Source: Vicinamibacteria bacterium
GTDB lineage: Bacteria; Acidobacteriota; Vicinamibacteria; Marinacidobacterales; Marinacidobacteraceae
DNA length: 64,000 nt
Direction of reading: 5' to 3'
Assembly: GCA_963422395.1 (NCBI GenBank)
Contig: OY729431.1
Coordinates: forward strand, 2,016,001-2,080,000
Below the pieces are notes generated by a model. The model saw only the letters and a program-made list of their open reading frames with translations, ran no database searches and had not been told where the DNA came from. The first letter of the stretch is position 1. Each line of letters starts with the position of its first letter. Positions 26,057 through 35,397 of this stretch are shown piece by piece. Both the position numbers and the translations under genes were made by a program.

Positions 26057-28354
26057 GTGTCGGCGCGCCAGATCGCGCCCGGCGGGATCAGACCCGGCCT
26101 TCGAGGCCGGGCCGGACCCTCCCGGCAGCGGTCGGACCGCGGGTATCGAGTTCGAGTGCCGCGGCGCGGCGCCTTCGCCTCGCCCGCCCACAACGCCAAC
26201 GGAACACCGCCTGCGGGTCCGGCCCCCACCAGGGCCGGCGCCCCGCTGCTGTTCCCTAGAACGCCCGCGATCGAAGACATCCTTTCTCGAACCCCCCCGG
26301 GGTCGCCCGCATCCGAACCGAGTTCGGAGATCCGGTCCAGCACGGATTCCCATTCGCTCAGCACGGGTATCGGCCGCGGTCTGCGCACACTCGCTCGTTC
26401 CTGGCCGGGGAGGATTCTGCTGGCGGTGGGGGGGGTATGGGCGCTTTCCTGGACGGGCGCCCTTCCGACAGCCTGGACGGGGGATGCCGGACTGGTGTTC
26501 GGGCTCACCCTCGCTGCGGTCTTGCTCTACTTCGGCCGCGATCTGCTGCGCTGGCTGCTCTATCCCGTTCGGCGCAAGCTGACCATCTCCTACCTGTTCA
26601 TCGGGCTGCTGCCCGTCCTGCTGCTGACCCTCTTCTTCCTGCTCGCCTTCTATGTGGCGCTCGGCCAGTTCAGCTCCTATGCCCTCCAGGCGAACCTCAG
26701 CGCCCGGGGCGCAGCCCTGGCAGGAAGCGCCCGGCAGATCCTGATCGAGATCCCCGACGGAGCCGACGACCGGGAGACCGGGGCGGCCCTCGCGCGGGCG
26801 GCCGCCGGAATCAGTGATCTCGCTCCCGGGGCGGTGGCGTGGCGCCTCGAGCGGGACGACCGCCGGATCACCCGCTTCGCGGCTTCGGCGGCGAACGGCC
26901 CGATCTCGCCGACAGACCCGATTCCCGAATGGGCCGCCTCTCCCTATGAAGGCGTGGTCCTGATGAGGGGCGGAGAGTGGTTCGGCGCCATGGTTCCGGA
27001 CGACGAAGGCCGCCGCCTCGCCGCCGTGCTGGCGCCCCTGGAGCCGCTCCTGCTTTCGAGCACCCGCGAAGAGGACCTGAACCTCCGGAGTACCTGGACC
27101 CTTTCCCTCGAAGACAGAGACGGGGAACCGTCGGCGCCTCGGATCACGGCGGGTGCCGACGACGGCCGACTCTCCATCCCCTGGATCGACAGCCTGCTGC
27201 TCGAAGCAGACCCGTGGCATCCCGGGCTCCAGGGCGGACGAGTGATCGTCTCTTTCGGCTTCGCGCCGATCCACCTGATCCAGGGGACGACCAGCAGCTT
27301 GGCGGAACCGCTCGCAATCAACGATCCGGCGCTCGGCAGCAGCCTGCTCCTGCTCCTCGGCGGGCTGGGCATGGTCTTCATCCTGCTCGAGGGCGCCGCC
27401 CTCTCCATCGGAATCCGGCTGGCCCGCTCCATCACCCGGTCGGTGGAGACCCTGAGCCGCGGCACAGAGCGGGTGCGCAGCGGGAACTTCGGCCATCAGG
27501 TCCGGGTAGCGTCGAGGGACCAACTCGGGGAGCTCGCCAGTTCCTTCAACATCATGACCGCCAAGATCGCGGACGACATGGGGCGCTTGCGCCGGGCGGC
27601 GGTCCTCGAACAGGAGATGGAGACCGCCCGAGCTTCCCAGGCACGCCTCCTGCCTCCGGAAGGTTCGGTGTCGGTCCCGGGCTTCCTGGTGTCCGCCGTT
27701 TGCCGCCCCGCAGCGCAGGTGGGAGGCGACTACTACGACCTGCTCCCGCTCGGACCCCGGCGCCTCGGCGTGGTGATCGCCGATGTCGCGGGAACCGGCA
27801 CCCGCGCGGCGTTCTACATGGCGGAGCTGAAGGGACTCATCCTCGCGCTGAGCCGAACCTACGAGTCTCCACGAAGAGTGCTCACCGAAGCGAACCGGGT
27901 CCTCCACGACACCCTCGACTCGCGCACCTTCATCACCATCACCTACGCGGTCTTCGACTCCGAGGCCCGCCTCGTGACTTTTGCGCGTGCCGGGCACAGC
28001 CCTCTTCTCCACCTGAGTCGGGAAGACGGTTCGTGGCCCCGTTCCGAGGCACTGGCCCCCGCAGGGCTCGGACTCGCGCTGGATCCGGGCCCCCTGTTCG
28101 AATCCATTCTCGAGGAGTGCTCCCTGCCACTCCACCCAGGAGAAATATGGCTCTTGTTCACCGACGGCGTCTCGGAAGCGATGAACGCAGAATCGGAAAT
28201 GTTCGGCGAGGAGCGGCTCATGCGGCTCCTCGAAGAGAACGCCGCGCTCCCGCCGGCGGAATTGCAGCGAACCCTCGAGGACGCCGTCTTGCAGTTCACC
28301 GGCGCGGAGGCCCACGCCGACGATCTGACGATGGTCCTCGTCCGGGTGGACTGA
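26057..28354 (+). CDS. Membrane HAMP + SpoIIE/PP2C (RsbU-like) serine phosphatase
   Basis: TM helices; HAMP ARSITRSVETL..DQLGELASSFNIM; VGGDYYD, IADVAGTG, RAGH, FTDGVSEA, DDLTMV. The true start is probably downstream of 26057. Confidence 0.88.
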   Translation: MSARQIAPGGIRPGLRGRAGPSRQRSDRGYRVRVPRRGAFASPAHNANGTPPAGPAPTRAGAPLLFPRTPAIEDILSRTPPGSPASEPSSEIRSSTDSHSLSTGIGRGLRTLARSWPGRILLAVGGVWALSWTGALPTAWTGDAGLVFGLTLAAVLLYFGRDLLRWLLYPVRRKLTISYLFIGLLPVLLLTLFFLLAFYVALGQFSSYALQANLSARGAALAGSARQILIEIPDGADDRETGAALARAAAGISDLAPGAVAWRLERDDRRITRFAASAANGPISPTDPIPEWAASPYEGVVLMRGGEWFGAMVPDDEGRRLAAVLAPLEPLLLSSTREEDLNLRSTWTLSLEDRDGEPSAPRITAGADDGRLSIPWIDSLLLEADPWHPGLQGGRVIVSFGFAPIHLIQGTTSSLAEPLAINDPALGSSLLLLLGGLGMVFILLEGAALSIGIRLARSITRSVETLSRGTERVRSGNFGHQVRVASRDQLGELASSFNIMTAKIADDMGRLRRAAVLEQEMETARASQARLLPPEGSVSVPGFLVSAVCRPAAQVGGDYYDLLPLGPRRLGVVIADVAGTGTRAAFYMAELKGLILALSRTYESPRRVLTEANRVLHDTLDSRTFITITYAVFDSEARLVTFARAGHSPLLHLSREDGSWPRSEALAPAGLGLALDPGPLFESILEECSLPLHPGEIWLLFTDGVSEAMNAESEMFGEERLMRLLEENAALPPAELQRTLEDAVLQFTGAEAHADDLTMVLVRVD

Positions 28355-28355
28355 G

Positions 28356-30002
28356 ATGAGCCGGTCCAGGCAAAGGCGCCGCTCCGTTCCGCTGGCGGTC
28401 CACCGACCGGCGGCGGAATTCGCACGCGCCCTCGGCTATCGTTTCCGCAAGGTGCGCCGGCTCGAGGAGGCGCTCACCCACGGTTCCTACCGCAACGACC
28501 ACGATGTCGCCGACTACGAACGGCTCGAGTTCCTCGGCGATGCGGCGCTCGGTCTCGTCGTCACCGAAGCCATGCATTTCCAGCGGCCCGGCTGGCCGGC
28601 GAACCGGCGGCAGGACACCAAGTCGGAAGTGGTCAGCAACCAATCGCTCGCCGGCGCGGCGCGCTCCCTCTCCCTCGAAGAGGGAATCCGCGTGGGGCGC
28701 GGCCGCAGCGCCGGCGAGGCGGTCCGCTCCTCGGACCGGATCCTGGCCAATGTGTTCGAGGCAGTACTGGGCGCTGCGTACCTCGACGGAGGAATCCCGG
28801 CTGCACGCGGCATCGTGGGAACAGCGTTCCGCAGAGAATTCGCAAAGCTGGGCCTTCGGCCGCCGGCGGGGGCCGAGGGATGGTGGCGCCGCTCCTTCGT
28901 CCGGCTCTCCACGCTTCCCCGCCTGCTCGTGCGGGCGATGCGTCGGCTGCTCTTTTCGAGGAGCTCGCGGGAACGGTCGCTTCGCTACACCTTCGCCAGC
29001 CCGCCGCTGCTCCGCGCCGCCCTCGACGGCACTCCGGAGACGCCCCGGCGCTCGAGCGGCTCTCGTCGCGGTGGAAGGCGGCGCGGCGGAAGATCGCGGG
29101 GCGGTGCCCCCCGCCGGGGAAGACCCCCGGCTCACCGGACCGGAGCGCCGGGACAACAGGCGCTTCGTTTTCTCGGGCGCGATGCCATGCATCTCGTGGT
29201 CGCCGACGCCCTGCACCGCGATTTCCCCGACTGGGACGAGGGACGGCTGACCCTCGCCCGGATGCGCCTCCAAGAACGCGAATTCACCACCCGCATGTGC
29301 CGGCACTGGTCCCTCGAAGGCGAAACCGCCGCTGCCGAAGCCGAAGCGATCGTGGGCGCGCTCTATCTCGACGGCCGGCTGCCGGCGGTCCGGCGTGCCC
29401 TCGGCCAGCCGTTCCGCGAGGCGCTCGAGGACCTGCGGAATCCGGACCTCGAACTCCTGGACCCCAAGACCCTGCTCCAGAACCGGCTCGCGCAGTCCGG
29501 CCGCGAAGCCCCCCGCTACGAGATCCGCAAGCCGGGAGAGGGCGCGCGCCAGAGCGGGGAGATCGCGGTCACACTGCGCCTCGAAAACGGCATCGAGACG
29601 ATCGGTCGCGGGCGTGGACTGAAAGAGGCGGAGAAGGACGCCGCCGGGCGCGCGCTCGACCGCTTGGACGGCGGGGCCGGTCCGGAACCCGCCCGGGAGC
29701 GGAGATCCGGTGCTCAGCCGGCAGCCCAGCCGGTCCCCGGGCGGGCGGACGGCTCTTCCAGGCCCGCGGCGGGGACAGCCGGTCGCCCCGACAACCCGAA
29801 GGGCGCGCTACAGGAGGCGCTGGTGAAACAGGAGGGACGCCTCCCGGTGTACCGGCTCATCGCGGAAAGCGGGCCGGACCACGAAAAGAACTATGTGGTG
29901 GAGGTGCTCTCCGGGCAACGGCGCCTCGGCACCGGTTCCGGACGCAACAAGCGGACGGCGGAGGCCGAAGCGGCAGCGGCGGCGCTGGAGTCCGGAATCT
30001 GA
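28356..30002 (+). CDS. rnc: Ribonuclease III family protein with two RNase III domains and two dsRNA-binding domains
   Basis: ALTHGS..YERLEFLGDA..FEAVLGAAYLDGG; second degenerate domain QALRFLGRD..DEGRLT..EAIVGALYLDG; dsRBD1 DPKTLLQ..KEAEKDAA; dsRBD2 NPKGALQE..GPDHEK..KRTAEAEAA. Confidence 0.85.
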   Translation: MSRSRQRRRSVPLAVHRPAAEFARALGYRFRKVRRLEEALTHGSYRNDHDVADYERLEFLGDAALGLVVTEAMHFQRPGWPANRRQDTKSEVVSNQSLAGAARSLSLEEGIRVGRGRSAGEAVRSSDRILANVFEAVLGAAYLDGGIPAARGIVGTAFRREFAKLGLRPPAGAEGWWRRSFVRLSTLPRLLVRAMRRLLFSRSSRERSLRYTFASPPLLRAALDGTPETPRRSSGSRRGGRRRGGRSRGGAPRRGRPPAHRTGAPGQQALRFLGRDAMHLVVADALHRDFPDWDEGRLTLARMRLQEREFTTRMCRHWSLEGETAAAEAEAIVGALYLDGRLPAVRRALGQPFREALEDLRNPDLELLDPKTLLQNRLAQSGREAPRYEIRKPGEGARQSGEIAVTLRLENGIETIGRGRGLKEAEKDAAGRALDRLDGGAGPEPARERRSGAQPAAQPVPGRADGSSRPAAGTAGRPDNPKGALQEALVKQEGRLPVYRLIAESGPDHEKNYVVEVLSGQRRLGTGSGRNKRTAEAEAAAAALESGI

Positions 30003-30087
30003 TGCCTTCCGGATCCGCCCCTATACTCCCGCTGCAACCCGGTACCGGCGGCGGCCGGGAGCCTGCCCCTCGGGAACACGAAGCGAA

Positions 30088-31299
30088 GTGAAGGAGCGCC
30101 TCAACTTCGATCTGAGCGAAGAACATCGGGCCACCGAGGCGCTGGTCCGGGAGTTCGGCGCCCGCGAAGCCGCGCCGCACATCCGGGAGAACGATGCGGC
30201 GAGAGTCTTCGACCGCAATCTCTTGAAGGGCATGGCCGATCGCGGCATCCTGGGCATATCCGTTCCCGAGCGGTACGGGGGTGCGGGGCTCGATTACATC
30301 TCGCTCGGCCTGGCCTGCGAGGAACTGGAGTTCGTGGACACCTCGCTGCGCGTGATCCTGTCGGTCCACGCCGGATTGAACTCGCTGTCCCTGCTCGCCT
30401 GGGGCAGCGAAGAGCAGAAAGAGCGCTACCTGAGGCCCCAGGCCGAAGGGCGGGCGATCGCGACCTACGGCCTCACCGAACCCGACGCCGGGAGTGACGC
30501 CGTGGGCATCCGTGCCACCGCCCGCCGCGACGGCGGGGACTACCTCCTCTCGGGGGAGAAACACTGGATCTCCCTGGCCGAGATCGCCGACAACTTCCTC
30601 GTGATCGCCTGGACCGACCCCGGCAAGAGAGCTCGCCGCGACCACTCGGGGCTATCGGCGTTCGTCGTGGAACGGTCGTTCGACGGCTTCGAATCCGGCA
30701 ACATGACCCACAAGTGGGGAATCCGCGCCGGCAACACCGGCTGGTTCCGCATGCACGATGTCCGGGTGCCGGCGGCGAACCGGCTCGGCGAAGAAGGGGA
30801 GGGTTTCAAGATCGCCATGTTCGCCCTGGACCAAGGGCGCTATACCGTCGCCGCCGGTGCCGCCGGGCTGATCCGCGCCTGCCGGGATCAGAGCGTCCGC
30901 TGGGCCCGCTCCCGCACCACTTTCGGCCAGGAAATCGGCGAGCATCAGCTGGTGAAGCAGATGATCGCGGGCATGGAACGCGACTACGAGATTTCGCGCC
31001 TCCTCTGGCTTCGCGCCGGAGAGCTCAAGAACCGGGGCCGCAGGAACACCCGCGAAACCTCTCTCGCCAAGTGGGTTTCCACGGTGGCTTCCGAACGGGC
31101 CGCGTCGGACGCGATCCAGATCCACGGCTGCTACGGGTATTCGGACGAGTACCCGGTGGGACGCTTCTGGAGGAATTCGAAGGGCGCGGTGATCTACGAA
31201 GGGACGAGGGAGATCCACACCCTGATGCAGGCGGACTACGCGCTCGGTTATCGGCAGGACCGGCCGACGCGGGTTTCGCTGCCGACCGCCTGCGGCTGA
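30088..31299 (+). CDS. Acyl-CoA dehydrogenase family protein
   Basis: [51 protein letters not shown]; GTG start at 30088. Confidence 0.93.
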   Translation: MKERLNFDLSEEHRATEALVREFGAREAAPHIRENDAARVFDRNLLKGMADRGILGISVPERYGGAGLDYISLGLACEELEFVDTSLRVILSVHAGLNSLSLLAWGSEEQKERYLRPQAEGRAIATYGLTEPDAGSDAVGIRATARRDGGDYLLSGEKHWISLAEIADNFLVIAWTDPGKRARRDHSGLSAFVVERSFDGFESGNMTHKWGIRAGNTGWFRMHDVRVPAANRLGEEGEGFKIAMFALDQGRYTVAAGAAGLIRACRDQSVRWARSRTTFGQEIGEHQLVKQMIAGMERDYEISRLLWLRAGELKNRGRRNTRETSLAKWVSTVASERAASDAIQIHGCYGYSDEYPVGRFWRNSKGAVIYEGTREIHTLMQADYALGYRQDRPTRVSLPTACG

Positions 31300-31336
31300 A
31301 ACCCGGGACCGGTTCCACAGGATGCCGTAGCCGCCG

Positions 31337-32308
31337 ATGTCGCCCGAGAATCGCCTCCGCTCCGTCGCCCCCCACTTCATCCGCACCGTCGAGGAGGCGG
31401 CGATCGCCTGCGCGCGGACCATCGGGCAGGGTGACCGCCATCGCTCGGACGCGGTCGCAGTGGCCGCGATGCGCCGCGTCCTCGACACCGCGCCGGTCCG
31501 GGGCCGGGTGGTGATCGGCGAAGGCGAGCGGGACGAAGCGCCGATGCTCTGGAGTGGCGAGGATTTCGGCAGCGGCGGCGGCGACTCACCGGCGGTGGAC
31601 ATCGCGGTGGACCCGCTCGAGGGCACGAATCTCTGTGCGACCGGCGGGCCCGGCGCCATCGCGGTGCTCGCCGCTTCGGAACGCGGCGGACTGCTCACCG
31701 CCCCCGACCTCTACATGGACAAGATCATGGTCGGCGCCGGGCCGCGCGAACTGCTGGGGACCGAAATCCGGCTCGATCACCCTCCGGAACGGAATCTCGA
31801 AACGGTCGCGGAAGCCGAAGGGCTCCCCATCGACGAGATCACCGTAGTGATCCTCGACCGGCCGCGGCACGCCGAGCTGATCGCCGGAGCCCGTCGCGCC
31901 GGGGCCCGGGTTCGGCTCATCGGGGACGGAGACCTGTCGGCGGGGGTAGCGTGCGCGACCGCCGGAAACGGCGTCCACGCGGTCATGGGATCGGGGGGCG
32001 CCCCGGAAGGAGTGATCGCTGCCGCTGCGCTTCGCTGTCTCGGCGGCGGCATGCTCGGAAAGCTCGTCGTACAAAAGGACAGCGAACGGGAGCGGCTGCG
32101 CGAAACCGGCGTCCTGGATCCGGACCGGGTGCTCCGCGCCGAAGAGCTGGCTCCTGGGGAACAGCTGCTCTTCTGCGCCGCTGGAGTGACCGACGGAAGC
32201 CTGGTCCGCGGCATCCGCTTCGGGCCTTCGGGCATCGAGACCAGCACCATGGTGCTCTCGAATTCCCCGCCCGAGGTTTGCCGAATCCATCGGCAGCGCC
32301 CCGGCTGA
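31337..32308 (+). CDS. glpX: Class II fructose-1,6-bisphosphatase
   Basis: [45 protein letters not shown]. Confidence 0.95.
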   Translation: MSPENRLRSVAPHFIRTVEEAAIACARTIGQGDRHRSDAVAVAAMRRVLDTAPVRGRVVIGEGERDEAPMLWSGEDFGSGGGDSPAVDIAVDPLEGTNLCATGGPGAIAVLAASERGGLLTAPDLYMDKIMVGAGPRELLGTEIRLDHPPERNLETVAEAEGLPIDEITVVILDRPRHAELIAGARRAGARVRLIGDGDLSAGVACATAGNGVHAVMGSGGAPEGVIAAAALRCLGGGMLGKLVVQKDSERERLRETGVLDPDRVLRAEELAPGEQLLFCAAGVTDGSLVRGIRFGPSGIETSTMVLSNSPPEVCRIHRQRPG

Positions 32309-32421
32309 TGTCCATGGCCCCGGCGTCCGGCGGATTCGATTGCAGGCATCCTATCTCCTCCATTACCCTCTCGCCGGAAGTTCCCCGAGACGGGAGCGAC
32401 TGGCGCGTCAGGTAGCAGCCC

Positions 32422-32838
32422 GTGGAGACGGAACCTTCTCTGCTCGAAGCGCTCACGGCCGCTTTCGTGGACGACGGGCCCGAGCGCACCTACTACTACG
32501 ACCGCGACACCTCGCGCATGGTGAGCGTGGCCGAAGACCACGACGACCCTTCGAATCAGGAGATCGTCTGGCAGCTCGAGTCGGACACTCGGGATCGTTT
32601 CGTGCCCGTGCCGAAACCGCGGCTCGAAGACACTCTCGAGGAACAGGACGCGTTCGTCGAATCGCTCCCCGCGGGAGCACTGCGGAATCGCCTCGAGGCT
32701 CTCCTCGAAGAGGACCCGGACGGCAGCAAGCTGGCACAGCTGGTCACCCGCGATCGGGAGATTCGCCCGGTCTGGCGCAGATTCCGCGCCGGGCGGGCAC
32801 GCGCCCAGGCCTCGGCGTTCCTCGCCCAACTCGGATGA
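32422..32838 (+). CDS. UPF0158 family protein
   Basis: YYYDRDT, RFVPVP, FVESL..LRNRL, W..FR pattern. Confidence 0.7.
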   Translation: METEPSLLEALTAAFVDDGPERTYYYDRDTSRMVSVAEDHDDPSNQEIVWQLESDTRDRFVPVPKPRLEDTLEEQDAFVESLPAGALRNRLEALLEEDPDGSKLAQLVTRDREIRPVWRRFRAGRARAQASAFLAQLG

Positions 32839-32905
32839 CCCGGTTCTAGCAGTCTGCGCCGCATGGCATAGGGCTTGCTTCGTTTCGGCTGAAGGGAGTC
32901 CTCCA

Positions 32906-35191
32906 ATGCAGCACGCAGCGAGAACGAAGAACGGGAGCCACTGGCGGCAGAGCGCCGCATTCGTGGCGTTGGCGCTCGGCCTGCCGGCCGGCGCGGCGGC
33001 GCAGGGAGTCGAGCAGACCGCGCGCTCCTACGCCTACGGGAACCTCAGCCATGTCGAAGGCGATGTCTGGCATCAGCGCGCCGACGATTTCGGCGCTCAC
33101 GAGGCCGAGACGAACAGCCCGTTCCTGCCGGGCGACCGCATCTGGACGCGCGAACCGGGCCTGGTCGAGATCCGTCTCGCGGGACGGATCACGGCCTGGA
33201 TAGAAGAAGGAACGAAGCTCGACTATGTCGAGGGGGACAACCCGCATCGGTTCGGCTTCTGGACCGGCAGCCTCGTCGTGGCCGTGGACGGCGACTCCGA
33301 GATCGTGGTCGAAACCCCCGGCGGGACGCTGTCTCCGCAGGGCCGGGGCGAGTATCGGGCCGACCTGCTCAAGGACGGCCGCACGGTGCAGTTCGTCGTC
33401 CACGACGGGATCGCCACCGTGTCCACCGAATGGGGATCGGTGCTGGTCGGGGCCGGACAGCGCACCCTGGGCAGCGAAGGCACCGCTCCGGCGCCGGTGG
33501 AGGAATACCGAGGGCATGACGATTTCTCCGACGATTTCATGGCCTGGATCGAATCCCGGCAGGAATGGCGCGACCGCGCGGCACACACCCCCGCAGACGA
33601 CCTGCCTCAGGAAGTGCGCGAACATGCGCGCGACCTGCACGGGCACGGCCGCTGGCATCAGAATAGTCATCTCGGCTGGGTCTGGTATCCGACGGTTTCT
33701 GCTGGCTGGGCACCGTACCGGCTCGGGCGCTGGGCGCACACGCCGTTCGGCTATACCTGGATCTCGTACGACACTTGGGGCTGGGCGCCATTCCATTACG
33801 GGAGCTGGGGGCACGGCCCCTTCGGCTGGTACTGGATCCCGGGGTCCCTCTGGTCGCCGGGCTGGGTTTCCTGGTCCTATGGGCCGAGCTGGGTCGGCTG
33901 GGCACCGCTCGGCTACTACGGGCGGCCGGTGTACGACTTCTGGGGCTACGACGAGGACTACGCCTTGGGGAATCCCGGGCACGGGCTCCGTCGAGGACAG
34001 GTCCTCGGGAAGGCCGTCCGCCGCGGCTCTGCCATCAACCGGCAGGCCTGGAGCTTCACGGAACGGAGCGCGATCGGACGGCCCGCTTCCCGAAACCGGC
34101 TGGCCGCCTCCTCGCTGCGCAATGTCGAAGCGGCACGCGTGCTCTCCCGGGGAGCGACCCTCGACCGCAATCTGCAGCAACGCGCGGTGGGGTCCACCGG
34201 AATGATTCGTTCTGCCAAGGCAACCTCTCGCCGTCTCGCCAACTCACGGAACGCTGTGGCTGGGGGAGCGGCAGCGGCCGGACGAAGCACGACCCGCGCC
34301 CAGCGCGTGGCGGTGCCGTCGCGGGCTATCCGGGCCCGATCGAACCGGATGAACCGGACGAATCGCGAATCCGAAAGAGGCTCCACGGCCTTGGCAGAGA
34401 AAACGGTCCGCAGGGGGGCGGCCCAGAGTGGAACTGCCCAGAACCGCACGGGGCGCGCCGACGGAGGAGCCGGGGCCGCCGTGCGCCGGGGCGCTGTTCC
34501 CCGGCGACCGGGCGCCCGACCGGCAGCTCGATCGGAGCGGAGCCGGCCGCCGCGGCCGAGAGCGGCGGGATCGGGCACGCGACGGCCGTCTTCGGTGCGG
34601 CCCAGCAGCGGCTCCTCCCGCAGTCGGCCCAGCGGCAGCTCCTCCCGCAGCCGACCCAGCGGCAGCGCCTCCAGAAGCCGACCCAGCAGCGGCGCCTCCA
34701 GAAGCCGACCCAGCAGCGGCGCCTCCAGAAGCCGACCCAGCAGCGGCGCCTCCAGAAGCCGGCCCAGCAGCACCTCCAGAAGCCGGCCCAGCAGCACCTC
34801 CAGAAGCCGACCCAGCAGCGCCTCCAGAAGCCGGCCCAGCAGCACCTCCAGAAGCCGGCCCAGCAGCACCCCCAGAAGCCGACCCAGCAGCGCCCCCAGA
34901 AGCCGGCCCAGCAGCACCTCCAGAAGCCGGCCCAGCAGCACCTCCAGAAGCCGGCCCAGCAGCACCTCCAGAAGCCGGCCCAGCAGCACCCCCAGAAGCC
35001 GGCCCAGCAGCACCCCCGGAAGCCGGCCCAGCAGCACCCCCGGAAGCCGGCCCAGCAGCACCTCCAGAAGCCGGCCCAGCAGCACCCCCAGAAGCCGGTC
35101 CAGCAGCGGCAGCCGATCCAGTGCCGGGAGCCGCTCCAGCGGCAACTCTGGCAGTCGGTCCAGCAGCACCCGGCGCCGTCGTCCGAACTAG
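32906..35191 (+). CDS. Exported FecR-like + DUF6600 domain protein with a long Ser/Arg-rich repeat tail
   Basis: Signal peptide; NSPFLPGDRIWT, VETPGG, GEYRAD; Trp-rich GWAPYRLGRW..WGWAPFHYGSW..WIPG; C-terminal (PSSTSRSR)n. Confidence 0.8.
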   Translation: MQHAARTKNGSHWRQSAAFVALALGLPAGAAAQGVEQTARSYAYGNLSHVEGDVWHQRADDFGAHEAETNSPFLPGDRIWTREPGLVEIRLAGRITAWIEEGTKLDYVEGDNPHRFGFWTGSLVVAVDGDSEIVVETPGGTLSPQGRGEYRADLLKDGRTVQFVVHDGIATVSTEWGSVLVGAGQRTLGSEGTAPAPVEEYRGHDDFSDDFMAWIESRQEWRDRAAHTPADDLPQEVREHARDLHGHGRWHQNSHLGWVWYPTVSAGWAPYRLGRWAHTPFGYTWISYDTWGWAPFHYGSWGHGPFGWYWIPGSLWSPGWVSWSYGPSWVGWAPLGYYGRPVYDFWGYDEDYALGNPGHGLRRGQVLGKAVRRGSAINRQAWSFTERSAIGRPASRNRLAASSLRNVEAARVLSRGATLDRNLQQRAVGSTGMIRSAKATSRRLANSRNAVAGGAAAAGRSTTRAQRVAVPSRAIRARSNRMNRTNRESERGSTALAEKTVRRGAAQSGTAQNRTGRADGGAGAAVRRGAVPRRPGARPAARSERSRPPRPRAAGSGTRRPSSVRPSSGSSRSRPSGSSSRSRPSGSASRSRPSSGASRSRPSSGASRSRPSSGASRSRPSSTSRSRPSSTSRSRPSSASRSRPSSTSRSRPSSTPRSRPSSAPRSRPSSTSRSRPSSTSRSRPSSTSRSRPSSTPRSRPSSTPGSRPSSTPGSRPSSTSRSRPSSTPRSRSSSGSRSSAGSRSSGNSGSRSSSTRRRRPN
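34601..35098 (+). repeat. Coding tandem repeat: 6 x 27-bp units followed by 14 x 24-bp units
   Basis: 27-bp consensus CCCAGCAGCGGCGCCTCCAGAAGCCGA (34601-34762), then 24-bp consensus CCCAGCAGCACCTCCAGAAGCCGG (34763-35098); no spacers. Confidence 0.95.
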
Positions 35192-35201
35192 CCGACTCCC
35201 C

Positions 35202-35231
35202 GCCGCCGGCCCAACCGGGCTGGCGGCTCTC
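35202..35231 (+). terminator. Possible intrinsic terminator hairpin
   Basis: GCCGCCGGCCC-AACC-GGGCTGGCGGC 11-bp stem just after the stop at 35191; the U-tract is weak (TCTC). Confidence 0.4.
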
Positions 35232-35326
35232 GCCTGTACGCCGCAGGCGGAATCGGAGAACATCGGCTCCGGCTCGAAAACCCCAAGAAAATCCGGAGGA
35301 AAACTCCAGGCGAGCCCAACACGACA

Positions 35327-35373
35327 ACACAACATGTTGTGCCGGGCTCGTCTTACAGATCTATATGTTGTGC
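35327..35373 (+). promoter_or_regulatory. Tandem NrdR boxes upstream of nrdJ
   Basis: ACACAACATGTTGTGC (35327-35342, containing the perfect palindrome CACAACATGTTGTG) and GATCTATATGTTGTGC (35358-35373), 31 bp apart; both fit the acaCwAtATaTwGtg consensus. Confidence 0.88.
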
Positions 35374-35397
35374 CGAAGCCTGCTGTCCTGTTACGAT
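35368..35397 (+). promoter_or_regulatory. Sigma70-type promoter for nrdJ
   Basis: TTGTGC (35368-35373), 18-bp spacer, extended -10 TGnTACGAT (TACGAT 35392-35397); the -35 lies inside NrdR box 2. Confidence 0.6.

Noticed and set aside
20420-28315. Very long antisense ORFs (20420-24733 and 25817-28315; likewise 5104-8265, 15355-18129, 45837-48845)
   Set aside because: They mirror well-supported genes, show no motifs, and are expected in high-GC DNA
34601-35098. Regular 24-27-bp repeats as a possible CRISPR array
   Set aside because: Units are contiguous with no unique spacers, are multiples of 3 inside a CDS, and no cas genes are present
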